A DNA stretch of 56,183 nucleotides, the filler included, from Circinaria calcarea (taxonomy: Eukaryota): NCBI GenBank assembly GCA_051942165.1. It is 6 parts of 6 records of this genome, joined end to end, with 100 filler letters (N's around TTAATTAATTAA, not from the genome) between each part and the next. Parts side by side here need not be neighbours in the genome. Positions count along the whole stretch, not along the records: positions 28,173 to 37,452 come from JAVECS010000955.1; positions 37,553 to 46,824 come from JAVECS010000956.1; 4 more parts are not named here. One strand, 5' to 3'. Below, piece by piece: positions 30,399 to 41,573 of this stretch. The first letter of the stretch is position 1. Each line of letters starts with the position of its first letter. Made by a program: the position numbers and the translations under genes. The notes under the pieces were generated by a model. That model saw only the letters and a program-made list of their open reading frames with translations, made no database searches and was not told the DNA's origin.

Positions 30399-31349
30399 CT
30401 ATGCAGCAGTATTATCACCCAAGAGCCTCGCCAACAAAACATACCCAATGACTAGCATTGCCCCGACTGTGAACTTATGCCTCCTTACCCAACTCTGCCC
30501 TGCGTTCCTCGCGGCGTGCCCGCCCTCAACGACCGCCCCCAAGCCCGCTGCGCTCCCACCAGGTCTTCTCCTCAACGCTGCTGCCTCTGGAGAACAAGTA
30601 ATCGACAAAATCGCGTTGGGATCTGGTGCCATGTTTCCAGTGGCGGGGTCGACTCGGTTTTCTTTCATCCACTTCCAATTCTCCGCGTCCAACTCTGGCC
30701 ACTCGGCTCTGAACTTTACTCCTCCATCTCCTGCCTTAATTGCGCCAATCCCTTTCGTACTCGCGTTCACTCCTGGAACCGCTTTACTACTCGTTCCGCC
30801 ACCCGTGCTATTCCACCACCTCGTCCTCGCTGCGGCCCATTTACGTTCCGCTTCTGAAGCGTGAACACTACCGGTAGTCATTTCATCGCTGGTCATGAAA
30901 GACATTAGGCCGATTAGGATGGTGGAAACCTCCCAGGCTGGATTGAAGGATTTGGGGTGAAAGTCGGAAATGCTGAGGCAGAGGCGGGTGGAGGGTTGAA
31001 AGCGGCCGGAAGGGGTATGCATACGTATGGCGGGAGGAGCGAATGGGTATTCGGGAGGAAAGATCAAGGTGCCCCAGTATTGGCCATTTTCATAGGGTGT
31101 TTTTGGGGGCCCAGTGAGAATATAGTGCCATCTACGTTATGGCGTTAGAGTGAGTAGAATGGTGGAGAACCAGCTGGGAAGCTTACTCGAGGATGTTGGT
31201 TTCGGAGGGATGCGCGACAATGTAGGGAGGCGGGTTTTCTTGGATGGTTTTGTATTCCCGAGTAAGCTGCTCTCGAGGTTAGCGGAGTGCACTTGCAACC
31301 GTGGAGGCATAGGTGTATAAACCCGCTTGTTAGCAGCGCGTGTTGCCAT
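30399..31349 (-). CDS. UBC6: ER tail-anchored ubiquitin-conjugating enzyme E2; 3 exons
   Basis: MATRAANKR|LTREYKTIQENPPPYIVAHPSETNILE|WHYILTGPPKTPYENGQYWGTLIFPPEYPF...RLCLSISDFHP; C-terminal TM helix. Confidence 0.95.
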
Positions 31350-31632
31350 TTTGCAGCCTCTATAGTGTAGGAATTCTGTACTGGAAGAACGTGGAGTAAG
31401 AGAGTCGTGAGGCCGTAAAATCCTAAGTTGAGTTGCGAGAGCGGAAGTGGATGAGTTGACAATGCGATGTCGATCATCGGCAACGTCGCAGTAACTATTA
31501 ATCCTGGTTCCGCATAGGGCTGGTCGAAGCCTCTACATGCATGAGCTTTACGCTAGCAAGGTAAGGGACTGGCGTGAGCTCCGAGCCCGTTTCTGAGAGT
31601 TGAGATGCCATTGTAGCTTGACCCATCACTCA

Positions 31633-33388
31633 ATGGCGTCGCCATTGGATTCCGAAGATGATGTGAGTACGCTTAGCCGTTAGGAAGCCCCCTACTTTAA
31701 GGGGAGCTCTCGCTAACATGAGCGCGTGATTCATTTAGATCTTCGAGAATCTTCAAAAGCGCGTTGATCCCAAGCTTCAGGAGGAGAAGAGTCGAGCGGT
31801 ACACGAAAGGCAGCGGGGTCAATACGAAAAGGCACAGAAACGATTGGCAGAATTGGTACCTAGATCTCCTACCCTCGAGTCCTCTTCGAGATTTTTCCCC
31901 TTTTACGAGGTCCTACGGACTTAACAAAGCTTTAAGATAGATAATAACTCGACCCTACCTTGTACAATCTCTTCAATCCGTATCCTCAATGCGAATCATA
32001 CACGAGTTGGCTTTCTGGAAAGGATATTCAAGCCTCTCTTGAGTGCCAATCAAGATCGACCGTACACATTAGCAGAAGCTATACAGGAGGTTTCCATTGG
32101 CGCAGAGAAGCTACACAAACTTGGTATAATCTACGGTTGACTATCTTAAACTTCGAGGCTGATAGACGGTCTAGACATATTTCATCAACCTATTTCCCTT
32201 TTCATCGACAAACCTTCGAAAACAGAACCCTCGACCACTCCCACGGACATCGAAATTTATCTATCGGTCAAAGAAAAGTCAAGATTCATTTTGAAAACTG
32301 GCACAGACGTTGGAAACGCAGAAGGGTCCGCATATGGTAATCTCTTATGGCGTAACATTTTCGGAGGGGCAGAAACTCTAAACCTCAATGCTTCTCTGGG
32401 TACGCGGACACGATCAGCTTATCAAGCTAGCTTCGAAACGCCGATCTTGAGCAATCCTGATGTCCGGTGGGAGCTTGGCGGCCTCGCAAGTTCGACCCAG
32501 AAGAGCTTCGCAAGCCACGAGGAAGTGTTGAAAGGAGGTTGGACAAAGCTACGTTGGCTGGCTGCTGGAGGCAACAGGCATGAAGTAGGATACAACGGCA
32601 CTTGGAGACAGGTCACAGGTCTTGCAAGCAATGCCAGTCCTACAGTCAGGACGGACGCGGGGGATAGCGTTAAGAGTAGCGTCAGTTACACGTGGGTGAA
32701 CGACCAAAGAGACAACCCTATACTTCCTTTGCGTGGCATCTACAGTAAAGCGATGAACGAGCTTGCTGGCTGGGGCCCACTCCAGGGTGACGTGGCGTTT
32801 TGGAAATCTGAAGTGGAGACACAAGCGGCCGTACCCATTCCTATACCTGGTATACAAGGCGACAGCGGTGTTTCTGTTACCACAGGTCTTCGAGCCGGGT
32901 TTATATACCCTTTATGTCTCGGCTCAGACTCAACACCGAAGGCCTCGCGTCTCAATGATCGTTTTCAATTAGGTGGGCCAGCAGATGTCCGAGGTTTTCG
33001 ATTATCAGGTCTAGGTCCTCGAGATGGGACAGATGCAGTTGGCGGTGATGTATATGCTGCTGGCAGCGCAAATATACTATTCCCCTTGCCAAGAGTCAGT
33101 ATCGATAGACCCTTTCGAATGCAAGCTTTTATCAACGGAGGGCGGTTGCTAGCATTGAAGAGACCCGAGAAAGAAGGGAATGTGGACAGTCAGTCAGTGC
33201 CAAAGAGCATGGCTGCGACGATTGCCGAGCTCGGGAATGGTCTTCCCAGTATGGCTGCAGGTTTTGGCGTGGTGTATGCACATCCGGTGGCGAGATTTGA
33301 GCTCAATTTCTCGTTGCCCCTGGTACTACGGAAAGGTGAGGATGCGAGAAAAGGACTGCAGTTCGGCGTCGGGATAAACTTGCTCTAG
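31633..33388 (+). CDS. SAM50: Mitochondrial outer-membrane beta-barrel assembly factor Sam50/Tob55; 4 exons; head-to-head with UBC6 (about 280 bp between starts)
   Basis: KTGTDVGNAEGSAYGNLLWRNIFGGAE, DRFQLGGPADVRGF, ARFELNFSLPL, beta-signal GLQFGVGINLL. Confidence 0.95.
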
Positions 33389-34028
33389 GATAACCATCGA
33401 TCAGTACCTAACATCCCCCTTGTACATAGTCACAAGCGTGTGTCAAATAAAGTTAGTTCAACCACAAATCATGTTGCCCCAATCTTGCGTCTCCTCGAAG
33501 CGGGCAAGCAAGAGTCGTTGCTAAAACCAATTATATGATCCTGGATTGCTCCTTATGCAAAGAGCTGAGTCTCATGAAGGCTGTAATTCTTGAGCTCTGA
33601 AGTCTCGGCTCAAGAAAAGACTTGATATCTGTTTACACCGCTGCTATTGGCCGCTTGAATCGTGCACATCAAGGTTATGGCTTGAGCCGCCTAATTCAGC
33701 GTCTCCGTTGATGTCTTGTGGCGATGGAACGTCGGCGTCAAGGTAACGCGCTACCGGAAGGCATACGTAGGTAGTCAGGTATAAAGGACGGAGGCACTCC
33801 TCATGCGCTGATTGGCAAGGAACTTTTAACACACCAAAACCCATGAAGCTAGCCGGGTGAAAGGTAATCCGCTCCCCTCCACGAAAATTAAGCGAAGCCC
33901 GATCCCCACAATTCGCCAAAACGTCCCCAATGGCAAATTTCTTATATCTGCGATGCTGGGCTTTAGATACTGCAAAAGAAAATCTTTATAAAGCGTCTCA
34001 GGTGTTCGTAAGGTTAAAATCAAAACGT

Positions 34029-34033
34029 AAAAA
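34029..34033 (-). terminator. RNA polymerase III terminator (T5) of the tRNA-Ala gene
   Basis: TTTTT begins 2 nt after the discriminator A73 on the minus strand. Confidence 0.8.
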
Positions 34034-34055
34034 GCTGGAGACACTGGGAATCGAA

Positions 34056-34103
34056 CTGGGAGCCAATCAGTAACTGTATTTATGTCTAAGACAGCTGACT
34101 TAC
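34056..34103 (-). other. Spliceosomal-type (GT-AG) intron in the tRNA T-arm at position 53/54
   Basis: GTAAGTCAGCTGTCTTAGACATAAATACAGTTACTGATTGGCTCCCAG: donor GTAAGT, branch ACTGAT (34071-34066), acceptor CAG. Removal restores CTGGG-TTCGATT-CCCAG exactly. Confidence 0.85.
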
Positions 34104-34119
34104 CCCAGGACCGTTCCTA

Positions 34120-34131
34120 TATCACATGATG
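34120..34131 (-). other. Canonical tRNA intron at position 37/38
   Basis: CATCATGTGATA follows A37; its TGTGA can pair with the anticodon loop TCGCA, as in typical endonuclease substrates. Confidence 0.85.
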
Positions 34132-35766
34132 TGCGAAAGGAAAATTATACCCCTAAACCATATCCCCAATTATAATAGTGATTTCCTTATAATAAAATAT
34201 TATTAAAATAACTAAGCTAGCTGGGTAGTACGATCGCTCTAAATGTTCTCCCGCAACCCGAACTAGAGAATGTTAAGGAAATCTGACGGAGGATTCTCTT
34301 TTATAAATATCTTCAGTACGTTAGATGTGGTGAGGCCATCAGATGCAATAGGATTGTATGCTATATATTCTTTTCGCTTGTTTGTTTACTAGAGATTACA
34401 TCCCGGACTATTCTATAGATTCTACTTACTCCGGCTTCTTGGAGCCCCTAATTTTATTTGTATGAACCTCGTATGCCACCCCATTCTTATCACCGAGGTG
34501 GCAGCTTGGGATCTTCTCAAATCGACTACGAGGGTATTCATTTTTATTCTAGGAAAAGAGTATATCACCAGTGCACCTCGAAAGGTGTGTGTGTTGGATG
34601 ATTTTCCTAGCCTTTGAACTCCTCTAGTGGCTTGGCCAGGCGCCTTCGGTATGTATTGGTGATTGAAAAGTCAGGTGGCAAGTTGCTGACACATCTCACT
34701 ACAAGAGAAAGAATAAGGTTGGTTCCCTCAAGACTATTGGCGGTCACTGAAAAGCTTTTTTCTTGGGAAGGAGCAAGGAAAGGCAATTCTCGAAGATATT
34801 CAAGTGTTCTGTCGCGGGATTGTAAGGAACTCTCCCGAGCATGAAGAAGGAATGCAACCTATTCGGTAAATTATCCTGGCTTATTCTGGATACTTACAAG
34901 TTCTGGCAAGAGATATGGCCATGCGAGATGAGATAGCAGCGAATGTATATGGATGTTTCCTATTGAATCAAAGCTATAGCTATGTGTCTGAGTCTAATCA
35001 GAACCACGTCATGGGTTGTGCAAGGCACGATTGACTTTTATAGAGGTACTAATCCTTATTATCATGGCCTAAAACATACCTGTGGCAGAAACTAGACCCC
35101 CATTTCACCTACCAAGTAATCCCTACTTCCGGTCTCTACTAATCACCTGCGCGCACTAAGATTGAAGTCCTGGGAGTTTTACCTTCATGTGGATTGCCGT
35201 CAAGAAAGCGAGCTGCCAGTTGATGTCTTTCGGAGCAGTTGACCTTGTGGACCTTGAAAGCAACAAAACGATCCTCGCTTGAGTGCGCCTGTCATGCCGA
35301 CACAGAGAATTGGGGAAGCATGAAGGGGCATCTTTGCAGCTGTTCTTGGCAATGCAGAGGTTGACTGCTTCGTTCTGCAGCAGTCCAATTACCAGAATAC
35401 TTACGGTCAGCCGAATAATGACATGCAATAATAAGGTCATTTTGGTGATTCGCCGCATTAAGTACAGAGCGTGCAAACCACGCTCTACGTCCATAGAAAT
35501 ATAAAAATAACAACTGGGAGGATACCCTTGATTTTTAAATGGATTAGTAAAGAAGCGGGCTAGATAGAATAATACCATTTATGATGCATGCGAAACAAGC
35601 GCTTTAAGCGCATCGATGGCAAAACGCATCATTCATCAATAGTAACTTCGAGAAAGAATATGGCGTTCATACGGTCAGCAGTCGTGGTTCGCTGCATTCA
35701 CAAAGATGATGTTTTCTTGATAATTTCTTACATCTTCGACCGTCATCCTTTCGTGTTTCATCCGCC

Positions 35767-37452
35767 ATGAGTGATCGCATAGAGACACCTCTGAGGTGGA
35801 CAACTCAGCTAAAAGTCGCTGAGTCGGTCTCGAGACTGCATGGTGACAAGATCATACTACCTCAATCCGCGTTAGAACAGCTACTATCTGCAGCCACGAC
35901 GACGATTACACAATCAAGTGCGCCTTCACAAGCTTACACAAGCACCTTTGATCCATTCAATCCCTATTCGTTTGCTGCAGAAAGCCAAGCAAGGTCGCAG
36001 TTCTCCGAGAGGCAACAGCATCTACCGCATCCCCTCACATTCCGACTGGTGAATCCAGAGAATGGAAACATTGCCTATGCTGGAGTCAGGGAATTTTCCG
36101 CCGCCGACAGCGAAATCGGGCTCAGCCCTTTCCTACGTCAAGCACTTGGGGTTGGAGATGCAAAGCAACCCCTCAACGGCAATGAAAGCTACAAGATTAC
36201 AGTCCACGCTCACCAGCTTCCAAAGGGTACTTACGTCCGGTTTCGACCATTGGAAGCTGGATACGATCCTGAGGACTGGAAATCACTGCTAGAACACTAC
36301 ATGCGAGATACCTTTACGACCTTGATGAGAGGTGAAATACTAAGCATATCTGCTGGGAAGGAGGAGTTTAGGTTCTTGGTTGATAAGATAGAACCGGAAG
36401 GAGAGGCAATATGCATTATTGATACCGATCTGGAGGCGGACATTGAGGCTTTGAACGAGGAACAAGCTCGGGAGACTCTCAAGAAACGTCTGCAGAAGAC
36501 GGAAAAGCGGATACAAAGTAAAGATGGTGATTCCGCGGGAGGTATTCTTACGATTGGAAAGATCGAGGCCGGGCAAGTTCGGGCTGGCAGTTACGTAGAC
36601 TACACCATAGAGAGCTGGGACCGCTCCAAGGATGTTAATTTCGAATTGGACTGTGAGGACTCGGAAAATCCTCTCGATATATTCGTTAATCCTTTTTCAC
36701 CTAAGCAAAGAGCAAGGCCTCGGGAGGAAGAGTATGTGTTCGCTGACCTTTCGGGGCGGCCATCAAAGAGATTACGAATACAGAAGACGAACGCAGAATT
36801 TGAAGGTGCTGACGCGTTATACGTGTCTGTACGGAGCTACAATGCCACAGCAAGTACCGATTCACCACAGCAGACTCATCCAATACAATATTCCCTTCGG
36901 ATATCCGCGGAGGATACTCTGACAAACTCAACAGACCATGATGCGAAAATGAGCGATGGGGGAGCGCACGACGGCGATGAGGTTCAGTGTAAAAACTGTA
37001 AACAAATGGTACCTAGGAGGACGCTCTTCCTTCATGAAAACTTCTGCCTTCGCAACAACGTTCTCTGTCCTAGGTGCAAAGAAGTATTCCAGAAGTCTTC
37101 CAATGAATGGCGAAACCACTGGCACTGTCCACATGATGATGCGCATGGAAACTATCCCAGTTTGCAGTATAAGCACAACAACCTCTACCACACACCTAGG
37201 TCATGCTCGAATTGTAATTACGAAGCGCCAAACACCCCAGATCTAGCACACCATCGAACAACTACTTGTCCCAGCAAACTCATCCTCTGCCAGTTCTGTC
37301 ATCTACTCGTCCCTCAGCAAGGCCCCGATGATCCGAGCCCCTCAGATCCAGAAGTCGTCCTCTCGGGTCTCACGCCTCACGAGCTGAGCGATGGAGCCCG
37401 AACCACCGAATGTCACTTGTGCGGCAAGATCATCCGACTTCGCGATATGGCC
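35767..37452 (+). CDS. UFD1-domain protein with C-terminal TRAF-like zinc fingers; 3' truncated
   Basis: GDKIILPQSALEQL, YAGVREFSA, LPKGTYVRFRPL, ICIIDTDLEADI; fingers CKNC..LHENFC, CSNC..HRTTTC. Confidence 0.88.
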
Positions 37453-37552
37453 NNNNNNNNNNNNNNNNNNNNNNNNNNNNNNNNNNNNNNNNNNNNTTAA
37501 TTAATTAANNNNNNNNNNNNNNNNNNNNNNNNNNNNNNNNNNNNNNNNNNNN
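37453..37552. other. Artificial contig-joining linker
   Basis: N44-TTAATTAATTAA-N44. Confidence 0.99.
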
Positions 37553-38235
37553 AAAAAAAGGATGTATTTTTTGTCTATAAATGAAAGTGTAAGCATTTCA
37601 CCTCAAGAGTAATGTGGCAACGCAGAAACTGAAATCATTAGACCGTTTCTGAAACCAGTAGTGAAGTATGTTGTTTAATTAGATGGTCCGCAAAAAACCT
37701 TACCACAATTTGTATATTATTAGCTTAATACAGGAGTTGCACGGCTGTCTTCAGTTAATGTCGTGAGATTTTGGTTAGTTCCATTAAATTAACGTAAACC
37801 CTTACTTTATTTTATATAAAGTAGTTCCCCGCTATATTGGATATGATAACAGGGACTAAGACAAGTCATCATGGCCTGAATATTGTGGGCTATAGACGTG
37901 CCACATAAGCCTATACAAAGGGATGCGAAATTGTGAAATTGAGCTAATCCCCTAAAATCGGATAAAACATGGATTGTAGTCTGTAATTCGACTATATGAA
38001 AAAGGAATTACTAGTAATCGTGAATAAGAACGTCACGGTGGATTTAATCTCAGATAGGTACTAACTACTCGTCAGGCGCTGAAAGGAGTTCGTGCAATAA
38101 GTTTGGTTGGTGTTTTCTTATAATTTAGGCAATTAGGTCTAGATAAGTTTACCTTCAATCTTCGTATGCGCGTCTCTGATTAGTGTTAAGTCGAAATATG
38201 GTTCGTGTAGTGGAAGTTGCACGGAATTGATTAAT
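37553..38235 (+). rRNA. rns: Mitochondrial small-subunit rRNA, 3' part
   Basis: Conserved SSU segments GAAACTGAAATCATTAGACCG, AAAAACCTTACCA, TGCACGGCTGTCTTCAGTTAATGTCGTGAGAT, GGAATTACTAGTAATCGTG, GTTAAGTCGAAATATGGTTCGTGTAGTGGAAGTTGC; 3' end approximate. Confidence 0.93.
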
Positions 38236-38302
38236 ATTAACAATACCCCCAATATATTTATCTTATTTTATAGATGATAAATATATAAATAGGACAGCTA
38301 GA

Positions 38303-38387
38303 AGGAAGGTTCCGTTTGTTGGTATGACGGGTTGAGCTGTAAACTCAATAGCATTTGCTGTCAAAAGTTCAATTCTTTTTCTTCCTA
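38303..38387 (+). tRNA. trnY: mt tRNA-Tyr(GTA)
   Basis: AGGAAGG...TTGAG CTGTAAA CTCAA, long variable arm, TCTTCCTA end. Confidence 0.9.
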
Positions 38388-39299
38388 CATATTAATTCTT
38401 TATCTAATTAATATTATTTTCACGAAAAGACCTGGATAGTATATATCTTATATTCTAATAATAAATTAAAAAAAAAAATAAAATATAATTATTGTTATTG
38501 TTATAATCAGGTATTATAGGTTCTTTATCGCTAATTAAGTATAGTTGTACACAACTAAAGTTTACAGCAAGATAATAAAAATATGCAATGATATTTTAGA
38601 GTAAAAAAAAAAAGAAAAAAAAAATGAATAAATATAAGTATATATTTGATATAGCTTCTATTAAAAAAGGTATTTTGAAAGGTTTAGCATACCTTTGTTA
38701 CCTCGTCCTATTAATAAAGTGTATAATTATCCTCTAGTAAGAATTTTAATAGTTATAGGTGGATTTGAATCTATTTTAGTTTTGACTCTAAATTATACAT
38801 ATTTACCTAATTTCATCACTTAATTGTTTTAGTCTTTGGTTTTATTCAATTAATGTAAAGAGTTATTATCTCAATTATTAAGGTTAAATACGGTATAAGA
38901 AAATTAAGTCTCCAAAAAAAAGATTTTTAAGTTAGAAATTCTCCTTTAAATAAATATGCTTATATACTTGCTAGTTTAGCTTATTGCTGAAGGGTCGGTT
39001 GTACAGCAGTTGGTGGTGGTATTATAGGGGGTGTTGCGTTAGACCAGGCTTTAGAAGCTGGAGGTTTTTTAATAAAAAAGGTAAAAATATTTTTACCTTT
39101 TTTTAGTAGAGAGGTTAGTTTTGCTTTGGGTAATAATGTAAATAAAGATGCTTTATCAGTTTATAATAATATTAATAAGAATATTAAAGAATTAGATTAA
39201 GCTGAAGAAAGACATAAATATATTTTTATATTAATTGATAAAATTAATTCTAAAGACTATAAAAATTAGAAACTAATTTTTTATTTCTTAAAAGAAAAA

Positions 39300-39765
39300 A
39301 TAGGAAATTCTTGTATATTGTTATAGGGAAGATAAAAATGTATCTTCCATCAAAAAAGAACATTACTATCTTTATAGATTAAACCAAAATATAATACATT
39401 GAAGATAGCTGGTTCTTCTTACGGTTATAGAGATAATGAAATTAATTTAGCTAAATTAAGTACACGAGTTGTAACGGAAGAGACATTATGTAAAATGAGA
39501 ACACGTATTCAGAGCGAAAAGACTCTTCCCTTGGATGTAAAGCATTAGGTATTCCATTAATAGTTACTGATATTGATGAAGAATATATGATTCAATATAT
39601 TTTTAATTTTTTGGTTTCTAAAAAAAAAAAAAAATAAAATAAAAAAGTAAGCTGCCAGAATAATTGGCGTATCAGAAGCTACTATAAGACGATATATAAT
39701 ATAAAAAGTAAAAAATTACTCTTTAATAGGTATTTAATTGTAGAAGTTAAATCCAATAAAAAGTA
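39300..39765 (+). pseudogene. Decayed GIY-YIG homing endonuclease, C-terminal remnant
   Basis: EILVYC...KKEHYYL / KPKYNTLKIAGSSYGYRDNE...LAKL and NUMOD1-like AARIIGVSEATIRRYI...KKLLFNRYLI, with frameshifts. Confidence 0.7.
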
Positions 39766-40011
39766 AGATATGGCGGCTTGGCTTACTCTGTGTACATCAA
39801 AGTATCCGTGGCAAAATGCTTTTAAGAGTTAAAATCTCTCATTTCCTATTGGATGCTATATAAGATATATTCATTTATCTTAAGATTATCCTCTTTAATA
39901 TATTTAAACTTATTTAGATTGATATACATATAAATTTTGCCTTTTTGTCATATTTTAACCATCTTATTAGGAGAGTATTTTATTTATAAAATGATTATTT
40001 AATAATCTAGA

Positions 40012-40082
40012 GCCTTTATAGCTCAATGGTAGAGCGAGATACTGTTAATATTTTGATGAGTGTTCGATTCACTTTAGGGGCT
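40012..40082 (+). tRNA. trnN: mt tRNA-Asn(GTT)
   Basis: GCCTTTA..AGATA CTGTTAA TATTT..GAGTG TTCGATT CACTT TAGGGGCT. Confidence 0.92.
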
Positions 40083-40175
40083 GTTAATAGGATAAGTGTA
40101 TTTAATTAACATACCTAATTACGCATTTTTATGCATAACATATCTACTGGTTATCTCTCCTAAAATTTAACACAA

Positions 40176-40248
40176 GACGTGTTGGCTTAATTGGTAAAGT
40201 TTTGTGCTACGGACACAAGTATTGTAAGTTCGAATCTTGCACACGTCT
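40176..40248 (+). tRNA. trnR: mt tRNA-Arg(ACG)
   Basis: GACGTGT..TTGTG CTACGGA CACAA..GTAAG TTCGAAT CTTGC ACACGTCT. Confidence 0.9.
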
Positions 40249-40299
40249 AAATCTTTAGAAGAAAGTCAAGTGAGATAGAAAAATTATATATATATAATG
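40249..40299 (+). repeat. 51-bp direct repeat, copy 1 (duplicate of nad6 leader plus ATG)
   Basis: AAATCTTTAGAAGAAAGTCAAGTGAGATAGAAAAATTATATATATATAATG; 49/51 identical to 41523-41573. Confidence 0.95.
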
Positions 40300-41418
40300 G
40301 AAAAATTTTTTTCCTCTAAATTTCGCAAAGTCCATATATTAGTATCATCTTGGTTTCAGGCTTTAACTTATAATAAGGTTAAAACCTTATTAATTAGTTT
40401 ATTTATAACTTTCATTATTATTAATACATCTTTCTGTTTATTATATTATGTTTATGACTATAATCCTTCTCTTTATATAAGAGCATTTATAAATATATTT
40501 TTTATATTACCTATTGCACGTAGTATCACAAGCAAAACTTATGGGGGCAACTACTGTATTAGAAATAAAAAAGAAAAGGGGAAAATATTATATTCAGTGA
40601 TACATTTTTTTAAAACATCCCTTTATTCTTATACATTTAGTGTACTATTCATATCTTTTGGCATATCTGAGGTAGTTTATATTCCTCTTCTAAGTTTTAT
40701 GGTTTTAACAATACTAACTATGGATATTCATATTTTGGGATCTCCAGATTATTGCATGGGGCCAAATGAGGAACGATCTTTAACAGTGTGAAATAACACC
40801 TTTAGTGAAAATGGTAAAATGGTTGTGGAGGGCGAATCATCTAGCTCTAAAAATAAGAGGACCCATACTAAAGCTTTTTCTTCGTCTCCTTCTCCTTCTC
40901 CTTCTCAAGTAGAAGAGAGAGAAGTTGGACGGATTAGAAGGGCTATCTATTGCGGAAAAGCTACACCAGTTGATCTACCTGATAGAAGCATCGAAGATAT
41001 TAATACTCCTACCTTTAAACCAGATCTTCGTATGCCTTTTAACAGAGTACCTGCTGAAATACCTCCTACAGTAAGTCTAGCTCTTTCGGATAAAAGTAGT
41101 TTTTGAGCAAATATACAATCTAAATATACTAATACAACAGGTGATGTTACACCTTGTCCCTATACTTACCGTTTAATAGAGGAAAAATATAAACACAATA
41201 GAGATACTGGTTATTTATTTAATTTTTCCGGTGATTCTATTGAACAAAAAAAACAATCATTAGAGTTGTTAGTTTTCTTGTATGAAGAGGCTTCAACAGC
41301 ATATGATAAACATGTTGCGGATAAGCTTTCTGACTCCAAAAAATCTGAATATTATAAGTGGTTACATAGGTATTTAGCTTGTAGACATCATCATCAAAAA
41401 AGTTATCTCTTGACTTAA
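40297..41418 (+). CDS. Mitochondrial orphan ORF, 373 aa (code 4), hydrophobic N-terminus
   Basis: Track ORFs 40297-40791 and 40819-41106 are in one frame and join when TGA=Trp; the frame continues to TAA at 41416-41418. Confidence 0.75.
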
Positions 41419-41522
41419 GTTAAATCGTATCTAATTTGGAGATGTTTTAGAGTCTTTTATGTTGACTCTATCCAATAAGGATATATATATCTAAATAAAT
41501 TTCTTTTCTTTTTTTTATAAAG

Positions 41523-41573
41523 AAATCTTTAGAAGAAAGTCAAGTGAGATAGAAAAAATATATAAATATAATG
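41523..41573 (+). repeat. 51-bp direct repeat, copy 2 (nad6 leader plus ATG)
   Basis: AAATCTTTAGAAGAAAGTCAAGTGAGATAGAAAAAATATATAAATATAATG. Confidence 0.95.

Larger units (their letters stand above)
34036..34167 (-). tRNA. Nuclear tRNA-Ala(CGC) with two intervening sequences
   Basis: Minus strand: GGGGATA TG GTTT AGGGGTA TAAT T TTCCT TTCGCA [12 nt] T AGGAA CGGTC CTGGG [48 nt] TTCGATT CCCAG TGTCTCC A. G3:U70 Ala identity pair, A73, and fully paired anticodon and T stems. Confidence 0.92.

Noticed and set aside
34260..35580. AT-rich stretch with one intron-like segment and short protein-like fragments
   Set aside because: May be a decayed gene, but no frame or family could be reconstructed.
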